A stretch of DNA of 64,000 nt from Ostreococcus lucimarinus (taxonomy: Eukaryota). The notes under the pieces were generated by a model. It did no database searches. It was not told the DNA's origin and worked only from the letters and a program-made list of their open reading frames with translations. Below, piece by piece: positions 1 through 9,060 of the stretch. The stretch lies in the NCBI GenBank assembly GCA_000092065.1, contig CP000595.1, one strand, 5' to 3'. A program made the translations under genes and the position numbers. Numbering within the stretch: the first letter of the stretch is position 1; each line of letters begins with the position of its first letter.

Positions 1-163
1 TTCGCCTTGTCCCGCGGGTCGTACCCGCACGCCGTCGCGTACTCGTCCGCGCTCGAAGACGCTCGCGCGCGGCGACGCCTTCGCGCGCCGCGCGGCGCGA
101 CGACGACGCGCGCGGCGGCGGTGGACGCCATTCGCGCGCGCGTCGAAGAGTGTCGTCGCGCGC

Positions 164-976
164 ATGTCCCGCGCGTGCGCGTCGTCGCGCGTCGCGCTCG
201 CGCGCGCGTCGCGCGCACCGACGCGCAAACGCGCGCTCGACCGCTCGACGCGGTCGCGCGCCGTCGCGACGCGCGACGACGCGCGCGCGGACGTCGAGAG
301 CGACGCGTCGGCGTTGTCCCGCGCGCTGGAATCGATTCGCGACGCCGACGTCAACGTCGTCGTCGTCGAGCGCGACGACGCGCGGAAGCGGTTCGTCGAG
401 CGCGAGTCGCTGGTCGAGGCGCTGCGCGCGTCGGCGGCGTTCGAGCGCGCGGTGACGTTTCGAAAAGCGCCGACGGTGGAGGAGACGGCGCGCGCGCTCG
501 CCGTCGCGGATAACGCGCTGGCGAGGGACATCGCGACGTGCGTGAGAGCGTTCGTGAACGTGGTGCCGGGCGCGGATCGGGGGGTGAAGGTGACACTGAG
601 TCTGTTGCGCTCGACGCTGTGCTCGCGATTACACGTCGACCACACGAGCGCTCGAATGATGGTGACGTTTTACGGCCGAGGGACGGAAATTTGCGACGCG
701 CGAACGAGCGCCGCGATCGCGAAGGCGAACGCGGATGGTGGAAATTTTGTGACCGATGCGTTGAAGACGTTGGCGGAGAAGTTTGCACCTCCGAGAGAGA
801 TAAGTACTTGCGACGTGGCGCTGTTGAAGGGCGAGCGATGGACGTACGCAGACGGCTCGACGTCAAAAGGTAAAGCCATCGTGCATCGTTCGCCGCTCAT
901 CGACGAGAACGAGTGGCGATTGACTTTGAAAGTTGACGTGGTAAACTTTGGATGTGAATGCGAAGAGGAGCACTAG
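164..976 (+). CDS. hypothetical protein, 270 aa; the conserved-looking C-terminal half (…LHVDHTSARMMVTFYGRGTEICDA…AIVHRSPL…) resembles a small DUF-type domain found in bacteria and algae, family not named with confidence
   Basis: ATG at 164; the uninterrupted frame has non-repetitive composition in its C-terminal half; AT-richer 3' end then stop; next gene converges from the minus strand. The N-terminal part may be spurious, or the gene may start upstream of the window. Confidence 0.45.
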   Translation: MSRACASSRVALARASRAPTRKRALDRSTRSRAVATRDDARADVESDASALSRALESIRDADVNVVVVERDDARKRFVERESLVEALRASAAFERAVTFRKAPTVEETARALAVADNALARDIATCVRAFVNVVPGADRGVKVTLSLLRSTLCSRLHVDHTSARMMVTFYGRGTEICDARTSAAIAKANADGGNFVTDALKTLAEKFAPPREISTCDVALLKGERWTYADGSTSKGKAIVHRSPLIDENEWRLTLKVDVVNFGCECEEEH

Positions 977-1020
977 AATAGGACTAGAAAGAATTTGATG
1001 TACAACAAACGCGGAGAGCT

Positions 1021-2073
1021 TCAGAAGAATTGCGGCGCCGTGAATCGCAACGCGGCGCTTCGAAACACGTCGACGTGCGCGTCTAGACTCGGCTCGATGG
1101 GCTTAGAGTACCCACCTCCCATGGTGATCACGAGAGGGACCTCACGGGCGATGCACATCGAATACACGGCGTTGTTTCGTCGTAGTAACCCTTCGCGGCT
1201 CATCGCGAGTCGCCCGAACGAATCCTCCTTCAAAGCGTCGATACCAGCTTGGAAAAACACGATCGCTGGGTCGTAATCATCGAATAACTTCGGCAGCCAC
1301 TGCTCGAGAAGGCTTAAATATTCCTCATCCTCGCAATCGTCCGGCAATTCGACGTCGTGCGTCGATTTCTCCCGCGTCTTGATGGGGTAGTTCTTTTCGC
1401 CGTGCATGGAAAACGTCACCACCTGCGCGTCGCCCTCGAAAATTTTTGCCGTGCCGTTCCCTTGATGCACGTCAAGATCGATGACTAATATTTTACGATC
1501 TCGCAGCGAGTCCGCGAACTCGCGTCTGGCGACGTTGATGGCGACCGCGACGTCGTTGAACACGCAAAAGCCTTCGCCTCTGTCCCTGTACGCGTGGTGC
1601 GTCCCCCCCGCGATCTGCGCGCTCGCTCGCGCACCGCTCATCACCTCTCGCATGCACGCCACCGTTCCTCCGGTGCTCGCCAACGAGCGTTCGACGTTCT
1701 GCTGAGCCATGGGGAAGCCAATCTTTCGCACCTCGTCCTCTCGCAGCGTGAGCGTCAGCACCCGCTGCACGTACTCCGGGCAGTGCGTCAACAGCAGCTC
1801 GCTCTCGATGTCCACTTTCGGAGACTCCAGAAGTGTGATCTTGTTCACCAACGCCGCGTCGCGGCGCAGAGCTTCGCGCGTGCGCGCGTACTTGTCCATC
1901 GGAAAGCGATGTCCGTCTGGGAGGTCCACCCGCGCCCAGTCCGCGAAAAACACCGAGAGCGGTCTGGGCGGCGACGCGCGCGTCGACGGAGACGCGGAAG
2001 CCGCGGTAGACACCGCGCGGTGCAGGCTCGCCGCCAGCGCTTGACCGCGCGGGAAAAGAGGGGCGGGACGCAT
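1021..2073 (-). CDS. histone deacetylase / acetoin-utilization (arginase-deacetylase fold) family protein with N-terminal presequence
   Basis: 350-aa ORF with HDAC-family motifs (…GGTHHAYRDRGEGFCVFNDVAVA…, …VIDLDVHQGNGT…, …FSMHGEKNYP…, …ITMGGGYS…); Ala/Ser/Arg-rich N-terminal extension typical of an organellar targeting peptide. Confidence 0.85.
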   Translation of the reverse strand: MRPAPLFPRGQALAASLHRAVSTAASASPSTRASPPRPLSVFFADWARVDLPDGHRFPMDKYARTREALRRDAALVNKITLLESPKVDIESELLLTHCPEYVQRVLTLTLREDEVRKIGFPMAQQNVERSLASTGGTVACMREVMSGARASAQIAGGTHHAYRDRGEGFCVFNDVAVAINVARREFADSLRDRKILVIDLDVHQGNGTAKIFEGDAQVVTFSMHGEKNYPIKTREKSTHDVELPDDCEDEEYLSLLEQWLPKLFDDYDPAIVFFQAGIDALKEDSFGRLAMSREGLLRRNNAVYSMCIAREVPLVITMGGGYSKPIEPSLDAHVDVFRSAALRFTAPQFF

Positions 2074-2118
2074 GCCGCGAGGCGGCGTGTGCGGCGCGAC
2101 GACTCCGAGTCTTGGATT

Positions 2119-3783
2119 TCAATCCACGTCGGTGACGTGACTCGCGTGTAATAAATCCGGTAAATTCGTGAGTGAGTGCTTTTTGGCGTATTCCCGGCGT
2201 ACGGCGTCGATCGCGGCTCGGGCTGATGGGGAATCCTCGCCGAGGACGCACACGACGCCGCCGGAACCGCCGCCGGTGATTTTGGCGCCGAATAACGCGT
2301 TTCTTTCCACGTCGACTTCGCGAACGAGTCGCACTAAATCATCAGTAGCGGTTGAACCTAAGCCGACGGAGCTGTAGGAGCTGTGGCTGGCGAACATGAG
2401 ATCCCCGAGTCGTCGGCCAAGTTGTCGAACGTCGTCGTCGGCGCAAACGTCGTCGCTCGGCCAATCTTCTAAAATACTCAAAAATTCGCGCACGCGTGCG
2501 TGCTCGCGTACAGCGTGACTCACGGTTGCACGCAAGGTATACGTTGAGTCGGCGTCGATGGTGGTGTTCGGCTCGTCGTCGTGGCTGATGTATCGCGCGA
2601 GGAACGATTTGCCCGTCATTTCCTCGTCTACGTGCTGCGACCACGACATCGGACTTCCAGCGCTGCCCTCGTCCCACTGCCGAGCTGTGATGACACCACA
2701 CAGATCCACTTTACTCGGCACGACGTCTCTGTTCAATCGCGCGTTCATTTCGTTGATGAGGATCTTTTTGCCCATGAACGTGCCGCATCGCACGCGCGCG
2801 TAATCTGAACCGCCCGAGTTCGAGTGTCGCACGCCAGAATCGATGCCCCACACCCGCAGCTTTCGCGGCAATGGCACCAGTCGATATATGTCTTCAGCCC
2901 CGTCGTGTGACGTGTTGGCCAAATCGCAATCGATGGCGATGAAATTTCCGCGCGACGCCGAATCGACGGAGTGAAAGCACGCGTACTGATCCATGAATCC
3001 GCAAGGCGCCCCGACGACGTCATTTTCCGCGGTTTGACAATACAGAGGAATCATCGCCACATGCGCGCTAAACCTTCGAGCGGCGTCGTCTTCGGAAACC
3101 ACGCCAGCGCGCAGCGCGCTCGCCGCCACGGCTCTCGCCACGGCGATTTCCACCGCCGCCGAACTCGCCACGCCTTTCCCTTGCGGCACGTCCGAGCGAA
3201 TCTCAATCTCGCAATCGCATCGCGCGAGCTTCTTCACCCACGCTCGCGCGCGTTTATTCGACGCGTCCGCATCGCTCGATATCGCTCGCAAAAACTCCCC
3301 CATCGCGCCGGCGACGTACGCCGCCCATCGCTCGTTCGCCGCGCTCGGCGTCCTCTCAAAATATTCCCTCGTCTTCCCCGCATCGAACGTCTCCGCGTCG
3401 AACACCTCATCGAATCGCGCTTCAAAACATCGCGCGTCCTCTTCCTCCGCGCCGCGCGTCCCGATCGTCACCGTTCGCGCTCGAAACGTCCCGCTCGTCC
3501 CGCTCGCCGCGTCTCGAAACCGCGCGCGACACTCCGTTCGCCGCCCTCCGAGCCCCAACTGCGCGACCGTCGCGCCGGAGTAATCCGCGATCCCTCCCAT
3601 GACGTCCACGCGTCCGCGTCCGACGCCGACGCCCGCGCTCGCGCCGTCGTCGTCGCCACCGTCCTCGAAAAATCGCGCGATGTCCCCGTCACCAACGAAC
3701 TCGCGCGACGTTTTCGTCGTCGTCCGCGTCGACGCGCGCGCGAGCGCCGCTCGAAGCGCTCGCGCGATCGCGTCGCTACGCAT
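2119..3783 (-). CDS. GHMP-family sugar-1-kinase, L-arabinokinase/galactokinase-like
   Basis: 554 aa; the motif GRVDVMGGIADYSGATV matches the L-arabinokinase-type GHMP N-terminal motif (PGRLDVMGGIADYSG); the phosphate-binding loop KITGGGSGGVVCVLG is the GHMP signature. Only 46 bp separate its stop from the start of the downstream HDAC gene. Confidence 0.8.
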   Translation of the reverse strand: MRSDAIARALRAALARASTRTTTKTSREFVGDGDIARFFEDGGDDDGASAGVGVGRGRVDVMGGIADYSGATVAQLGLGGRRTECRARFRDAASGTSGTFRARTVTIGTRGAEEEDARCFEARFDEVFDAETFDAGKTREYFERTPSAANERWAAYVAGAMGEFLRAISSDADASNKRARAWVKKLARCDCEIEIRSDVPQGKGVASSAAVEIAVARAVAASALRAGVVSEDDAARRFSAHVAMIPLYCQTAENDVVGAPCGFMDQYACFHSVDSASRGNFIAIDCDLANTSHDGAEDIYRLVPLPRKLRVWGIDSGVRHSNSGGSDYARVRCGTFMGKKILINEMNARLNRDVVPSKVDLCGVITARQWDEGSAGSPMSWSQHVDEEMTGKSFLARYISHDDEPNTTIDADSTYTLRATVSHAVREHARVREFLSILEDWPSDDVCADDDVRQLGRRLGDLMFASHSSYSSVGLGSTATDDLVRLVREVDVERNALFGAKITGGGSGGVVCVLGEDSPSARAAIDAVRREYAKKHSLTNLPDLLHASHVTDVD

Positions 3784-3868
3784 CGCGTCACCGGCCGTCG
3801 CGCGCGTCGTCGTCGTCGTCGTCTGACGCGCTCGACGTCGCGATTCGCGTCGCGAGCGCGCCTTTGCG

Positions 3869-5509
3869 GTGCACTTTTTGAGCGCTCGATCGGCATCTTA
3901 TCCGTCGCCCGCACACGCGCGCGCGTCGCCACGGCGCCCGAATCGCGCTCGATCGACGCCCGAGATGTCGACGCGCGTCCGCGACGCGCCGCGCGTCGCG
4001 ACGCGCGCGCACGCGCGGCGCGTCGGGCGTAAAACTCGAAAGAGTGGGACGTCATCGTCCGCGGGACGGCGACGTCGCGACGGCGTCGCGCGGTCGACGG
4101 CGGACGACGGCGAACGATCGACGGCGCGCGAGGCGCGCGGCGCGCAGTCGCGTCGCGAGGCGCTGCTGCGCGCGGCGAGCGCGACGGTGATGGCGACGAC
4201 GACGACGACGGCGGACGCGGCGCGCGCGGCGGCGGGCGCGGCGCGGCGACTGCAGGAGACGTACTTCGCGGCGACGTCGAAAGCGATCGCGCCCGAGCGG
4301 TGGTACCCGTACTGGTGGGCGCTGCCGCTCGCGCCGTACGGGAGCAAAGCGACGGCGCTCGCGGAGGCGGTGCCGGGGGAGGTGTGGACGTTCGATCAGT
4401 TGCAAGGATTGCTCGACGTGCTCGTCAACGTGCGAATGACGGTGGCGCGACTGGAGGGGGGGGGGTTGTGGGTGCACAACCCGGTGGCGCCGACGAAGGA
4501 GCTGGTGGGGATGGTGAAGGAGCTGGAGAAACGATACGGCGCCGTGAAACACATCGTCGTCGGGAGCGCGGCGATCGAGCATAAGATTTACAGCGGGCCG
4601 TTCAGCAAGGCGTTTCCGAACGCCGACGTGTGGTTGCCGCCGAAGAATTGGACGTTTCCGGTGGACGTGCCTCTGGAGACGTACGTGCCGTTTTACCCGC
4701 AAGGGTCGCCGAAGACGCTTCCGATGCAATCGATCGGAGGCGAACAAAACGTGCCGTGGGCGAACGAGATTGAACACGCCGTGCTGCAAGTCGGCGGCTC
4801 GTCCCTGCGCGGATTCAAGGATCCTTGGTTCGTCGACACCGCGTTTTATTTGAAGCGCACGAAAACGGTCGTGCTCACGGATGTCATGGAAAAGGTGAGC
4901 CAACAAGCGCCGCCGGTGTGTCAAATCAACCCGCAGCCGCTCTTGGTGCGCGCGATGGATGAGCCGGACAAGGTGCCGGCGAACACATCGCAGGCGAGAA
5001 GCGACGGGTGGGGGAAAACCGTCTTGTTTGGTTTGCTCTTCAACCCGAACGCGGTGGAGTTTGAATTTAGCGGAGACATCGCCAACGATTTGCTCGATGG
5101 GTTCAAGTGGGATCCGAGCTGGCGCGCCGATTTCGACGCCCTCGTCGCCAAGCCGATGTTTGTGCCGCCCATTTTAGCCGTCTTGGCGTTCCCGCGTCGC
5201 CGCGACGAAGTCAAGCGTTGGTCGAACATCGTCACCTCGTGGGATTTCACGTCCATCATCCCGAGCCACCTCGACGGTCCCTTCAACGCGACGCCGGATG
5301 AATTCACCGCCGCCATGGACTTTGCCTTGACGGCGACGCCGTACGAGCAATTCGGCGCCAACGCGCAGAGCTTAATCGACGTCGACAAATTGAGCGTCGA
5401 TCTCAAGTCTCTCGAAGTGCCCAAGCCGTTGAGTCCGGAGCTCATCACTCCTCCCAAACCAGCGCAGGAAGCGGTGGAAATCGTCCTCGACGCCGCGTCG
5501 GAGCAATAA
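3869..5509 (+). CDS. DUF4336-family protein (conserved plastid/cyanobacterial protein of unknown function) with N-terminal targeting sequence
   Basis: Conserved block WYPYWWALPLAPYG…EVWTFDQLQGLLDVLVNVRMTV…LWVHNPVAPT…HIVVGSAAIEHK… typical of DUF4336. The true start is probably an internal Met (around 3965 or later); it diverges from the GHMP kinase gene across about 90 bp of shared promoter. Confidence 0.7.
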   Translation: MHFLSARSASYPSPAHARASPRRPNRARSTPEMSTRVRDAPRVATRAHARRVGRKTRKSGTSSSAGRRRRDGVARSTADDGERSTAREARGAQSRREALLRAASATVMATTTTTADAARAAAGAARRLQETYFAATSKAIAPERWYPYWWALPLAPYGSKATALAEAVPGEVWTFDQLQGLLDVLVNVRMTVARLEGGGLWVHNPVAPTKELVGMVKELEKRYGAVKHIVVGSAAIEHKIYSGPFSKAFPNADVWLPPKNWTFPVDVPLETYVPFYPQGSPKTLPMQSIGGEQNVPWANEIEHAVLQVGGSSLRGFKDPWFVDTAFYLKRTKTVVLTDVMEKVSQQAPPVCQINPQPLLVRAMDEPDKVPANTSQARSDGWGKTVLFGLLFNPNAVEFEFSGDIANDLLDGFKWDPSWRADFDALVAKPMFVPPILAVLAFPRRRDEVKRWSNIVTSWDFTSIIPSHLDGPFNATPDEFTAAMDFALTATPYEQFGANAQSLIDVDKLSVDLKSLEVPKPLSPELITPPKPAQEAVEIVLDAASEQ

Positions 5510-5590
5510 CTAGCGAGTCTCGCGTTTTAATCAAACCGTCGCGAACTACGGATAAGACCTCAAACCTCACCGCGCGCTCCCATCGACGCG

Positions 5591-6664
5591 ATGCTCGCCC
5601 TCGCGAGCGCATCGCGCGCGAGCGCGTCACACGCGATGTCGCGCACCGCGCGCGCGCCGCTCGACCGCTCTCGCGCGCGAGCGCCGTCGTCGTCGTCGGT
5701 TTTCACGCGTCGATCGAGCGCGTCCCGCTCGACCACGCACGTCGTCCGCGCCGCGTCGGACGAGCGCGTGGAGACGCACGCGTTCTTCTCCCCGTCCAAA
5801 ATCAACCTGTTCTTACGAATCACCGCGCGAAGACCCGATGGATTCCACGACCTCGCGTCGCTGTTCCACGTCATCGACCTCGGGGACGACATGACGTTTG
5901 CGAAGTCGTCGAGCGAGACGAAGGACACGCTGATCTGTAACGACCCCACGATCCCGACGGATTCGTCGAATTTAGTGATCAAGGCGTTGGATTTGTTCCG
6001 CGCGAAGACGGGCGTGCGACAGTACTTTTGGATCGAGCTGGATAAAAAGGTGCCGCACGGCGCCGGACTCGGCGGCGGGAGCGGAAACGCGGCGACGACG
6101 CTCTTCGCCGCGAATAAGTTGTGTGGATCGCCGGCGACGGAGGCGGAACTGTTGGAGTGGAGTGGGGAAATAGGAAGCGATATTTCGGTGTTCTTTTCTA
6201 AGGGCGCGGCGTATTGCACGGGGAGAGGGGAGATTGTGGAGGACGTGGAGCCGCCGTTGGATTTAGCCACGAAGATGTTGCTCGTGAAGCCGCCGATGGG
6301 GTGCTCGACGCCGGCTATATTTAAGGCGCTCGATCTCGATGGACGCTCGAAGGCGGACCCGTTAGAGTTGTTGAAACGCATCGGCGTCGATGGATGCTCG
6401 GAGACGGTGTGCATCAACGATCTCGAGGCGCCCGCGTTTACGGTGTTGCCCGAACTCGCCGAGCTCAAGGAACGGCTCAAGGCGGCGACGGCGGATAAAA
6501 AGACGGTGGTTTTCATGTCTGGTAGCGGTAGCACGATCGTCATCGTCGGCGACGATGACGTTCCCGCGTTCGTGGCGCGAGACGACGCCCTGTTCAAGGC
6601 GCCCACGCGATTAATCACGAGAAAGCCCGGCGAGTGGTACGCGCCGACGCTTCGCCGAGCGTAA
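5591..6664 (+). CDS. ispE: 4-diphosphocytidyl-2-C-methyl-D-erythritol kinase (MEP pathway), plastid-targeted
   Basis: …FFSPSKINLFLRITARRPDGFHDLASLFHVIDLGDDMTF… and the GHMP motif PHGAGLGGGSGNAATTL are canonical CMK/IspE sequences; Ser/Arg/Ala-rich transit peptide; AATAAA-like motif just after the stop. Confidence 0.92.
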   Translation: MLALASASRASASHAMSRTARAPLDRSRARAPSSSSVFTRRSSASRSTTHVVRAASDERVETHAFFSPSKINLFLRITARRPDGFHDLASLFHVIDLGDDMTFAKSSSETKDTLICNDPTIPTDSSNLVIKALDLFRAKTGVRQYFWIELDKKVPHGAGLGGGSGNAATTLFAANKLCGSPATEAELLEWSGEIGSDISVFFSKGAAYCTGRGEIVEDVEPPLDLATKMLLVKPPMGCSTPAIFKALDLDGRSKADPLELLKRIGVDGCSETVCINDLEAPAFTVLPELAELKERLKAATADKKTVVFMSGSGSTIVIVGDDDVPAFVARDDALFKAPTRLITRKPGEWYAPTLRRA

Positions 6665-6713
6665 ACGTGAATGGTAATAAAATCTCTACGGCATAGCGAC
6701 AACTACTGAACGA

Positions 6714-7529
6714 CTACTGGCCGATTCTCAGCCCGATATAACTGCTCACACTCGGCGTATCCGCTTCGAACTGCCTGAACGAATCCACCATGACGTCGAA
6801 TATCTTGGAATTCTTTTCGTACGAAGCCGTCGGCGACTGCAACCGCAATTCGTACAGCTTCCCGTTCTCCGTCCCGAGCGCGCTTCGCAGCGTCCGATCC
6901 CACTCCAACGTCTGCGGTCGATCCTCCGCCGTCAACCCGTACTGATTCCTCGCGCTATAACTCGAAATCCTCACCTCCACGTCGTAATACACTTTCCCAT
7001 CGCTCTTCGTCCTTCGCCTCGCGTTTAAAATCTCCTTCTCTCGCCGCACCCCCAGCCGCGTCGACATCAGCTCGCCGACGTACTGTTCCAGCACCCTCTT
7101 CGCCGCGTCCTCCGCCGTTCCCAGATCTTCCACGCTCTCGTACGCGCTGCTCGACGGCGAGCTCACCGCGACGAACGCGTTCGTCTCGACCTCGCTCGCG
7201 TCTCGAAAAAACACGTCGTTCCCGCTCCCCCTGACCTCGACCCACGCGCTCGGTCGATCGAATCCGTACCCATCGATCGCGTCCGTGTACCGCGCGAATC
7301 CGATCGGCGGTCGTTCGAACGCGCGCGCGGGCGTCGCGATCGCGACGCGCGCCAGCGCCACCGCGCTCAGCGCCGCGCGCATCGCGTCGCGCCGCGTCGT
7401 CGTCGTCGTCGTCGTCGATCGCGATCGCGCGTCGCATCGCGCGACGACGGCGCGTTGGATCGCCGGCGCGCGTCGCGGCGTCGACGCGGGCGTCGCGCGA
7501 TGCGTCGCGATCGACGACGCGCGCGCCAT
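6714..7529 (-). CDS. PsbP-domain protein (thylakoid-lumen PsbP-like/PPD family)
   Basis: PsbP-family blocks YTDAIDGYGFDRPSAWVEV…, …DGKVYYDVEV…, …ENGKLYELRLQ…; N-terminal presequence with a poly-Thr run; the start could be the internal Met near 7380. The 3' end converges with ispE with a 50-bp gap. Confidence 0.75.
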   Translation of the reverse strand: MARASSIATHRATPASTPRRAPAIQRAVVARCDARSRSTTTTTTTRRDAMRAALSAVALARVAIATPARAFERPPIGFARYTDAIDGYGFDRPSAWVEVRGSGNDVFFRDASEVETNAFVAVSSPSSSAYESVEDLGTAEDAAKRVLEQYVGELMSTRLGVRREKEILNARRRTKSDGKVYYDVEVRISSYSARNQYGLTAEDRPQTLEWDRTLRSALGTENGKLYELRLQSPTASYEKNSKIFDVMVDSFRQFEADTPSVSSYIGLRIGQ

Positions 7530-7585
7530 GGCGCGCGAACGACGACGACGATCGTTCGCGCGTCGAGGATTGCCGACGACGATCG

Positions 7586-9001
7586 ATGCGTCGATCGCGC
7601 GCGACGCGCGCGCGACACTCGCGCGCGCTCGATCGCGCGATCGCGCGACGCGCGCGCATGTCGCGCGCCGGCGCGGACGCCGCGCGCGCGTCGCCGACGC
7701 GCGGGACGCACCGCGGCGACGCGATGGCGGTCGGTGACGACGCCGCGCGCGCGCTCTTCGCGTGGGGGTGCGGCGAGGACGGGCAGCTCGGGCTCGACGA
7801 CGCGCGGTCGACGGCGCGCGAACGATGCGCGGCGTCGCCGCGGCGCGTGGCGCTGGAGGCGACGACGCCGGCGTCGGCGTCGCGGCGGGGCGAGGCGACG
7901 CCGCGCGCGCCGGCGTGCGGGTCGAGAAACTCGATGTGCGCGACGACGACGGGGGAGCTGTACGCGTGGGGGTGGAATTCGCACCGAGCGCTGTCGTTCG
8001 GGTGGCAGGAGTGCGACGCGCTGTTCGTGGACGCGCCGAGGCGAAGTCGACTCGAGGTGGGCGAGGGGGGGAGGCGGTTGGAGGTCGCGGCGGCGGCGAG
8101 CGGCGGATGGCACGCGCTGTGCGTGGACGCGGACGGCGCGGTTTGGGGGTGGGGTGGGAATGAGTACGCGCAAGCGGGGCGCGCGGACGCGGAGGCGGAG
8201 GCGCGGAGCGCGGCGATTCCGGATCGAGACTGGGCGCCGGCGCGGGCGTTGATTTCGCCGGCGCGGATGATTCCGCTCCCGTTCGCGGTGTCCGCGGTGT
8301 CGTGCGGAGGGATGAGCTCGTTCGCGCTCTTGCGCGACGGAAGGGTGTTCGAGTGGGGTCTGACGAGCGAAGAGGAGGAACCGCGAGAGGAACCCGCGCA
8401 CTTGCCGACGCTCGATAAACACGTCGTGGAGATCGCGGCGGGGAGCTTTCATTTGCTCATGCGCACGCGTAACGGCGAGGTACTGTCGTACGGGAACGGA
8501 ATGTACGGTCAGCTCGGACTCGGGGCGTTCAGCGCCGCGGATAAGCCTCGCGTGATTGAGACTTTCGGCCGCGTCGGCGTGGCGAAAATCGCGGCCGGCG
8601 GTTGGCACTCCGCCGCCGTCACCGCCGGCGGCTTACTGTACACTTGGGGACGCGGTGAGTACGGTCGACTCGGGCACGGCGACGACTGCAAGGACAAGGT
8701 CGTCCCGCAACTCGTCGACTTGGGCGAAGACGAATCAAACTTCATCGCCGACGTCGCCCTCGGCGGTTCGCACTCCTGCGCAATCACGTGCGAAGGTCAC
8801 GTCCTCAGTTGGGGGCGCAACACCTTAGGACGTCTCGGTCGAGTCGTTTCCGATCCATCCCCATCGTGCGGCCACCCCGGTCGCGTCGTTTTCCCGCCCC
8901 TCCCCGGCGGTAGATTTTGGCGCGTCGACAAAATTTCCTGCGGCGGCAGGCACACCCTCGCCGTCGCCGTCGCCGAAAACCTCCCATCCGCCGCCGCGTG
9001 A
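7586..9001 (+). CDS. RCC1-repeat (regulator of chromosome condensation-like, 7-bladed propeller) protein
   Basis: Seven RCC1 blade signatures (AWGCGEDGQLGL, YAWGWNSHRAL, WGWGGNEYAQAG, FEWGLTSEE, LSYGNGMYGQLGLG, YTWGRGEYGRLGHG, LSWGRNTLGRLG). A more likely start is the ATG at 7724 (MAVGDD…). Confidence 0.85.
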   Translation: MRRSRATRARHSRALDRAIARRARMSRAGADAARASPTRGTHRGDAMAVGDDAARALFAWGCGEDGQLGLDDARSTARERCAASPRRVALEATTPASASRRGEATPRAPACGSRNSMCATTTGELYAWGWNSHRALSFGWQECDALFVDAPRRSRLEVGEGGRRLEVAAAASGGWHALCVDADGAVWGWGGNEYAQAGRADAEAEARSAAIPDRDWAPARALISPARMIPLPFAVSAVSCGGMSSFALLRDGRVFEWGLTSEEEEPREEPAHLPTLDKHVVEIAAGSFHLLMRTRNGEVLSYGNGMYGQLGLGAFSAADKPRVIETFGRVGVAKIAAGGWHSAAVTAGGLLYTWGRGEYGRLGHGDDCKDKVVPQLVDLGEDESNFIADVALGGSHSCAITCEGHVLSWGRNTLGRLGRVVSDPSPSCGHPGRVVFPPLPGGRFWRVDKISCGGRHTLAVAVAENLPSAAA

Positions 9002-9060
9002 TCGCGCGCGCTTCTCTTCTCCGTGTAATCACACGCGCGCGCACAATTTAGCCCTCTTTT

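Noticed and set aside
7-513. 168-aa poly-Arg ORF at the window start, and 150..455
   Set aside because: Pure low-complexity frames; the overlapping 164..976 frame has more protein-like composition.
5560-6702. Long Arg/Ala/Ser-rich ORFs antisense to or out of frame with real genes (for example 5560..6702-, 7367..8608-, 17088..18083-, 20083..21069-, 36172..37383+, 37281..38324-, 38328..39581-, 42230..43558-, 49596..50903-, 15686..16948+)
   Set aside because: At 68% GC, stop codons (TAA/TAG/TGA) are rare in all six frames. These ORFs are low-complexity (poly-R/A/S), have no recognisable motifs, and overlap frames carrying strong family signatures on the other strand. They are treated as statistical artefacts.
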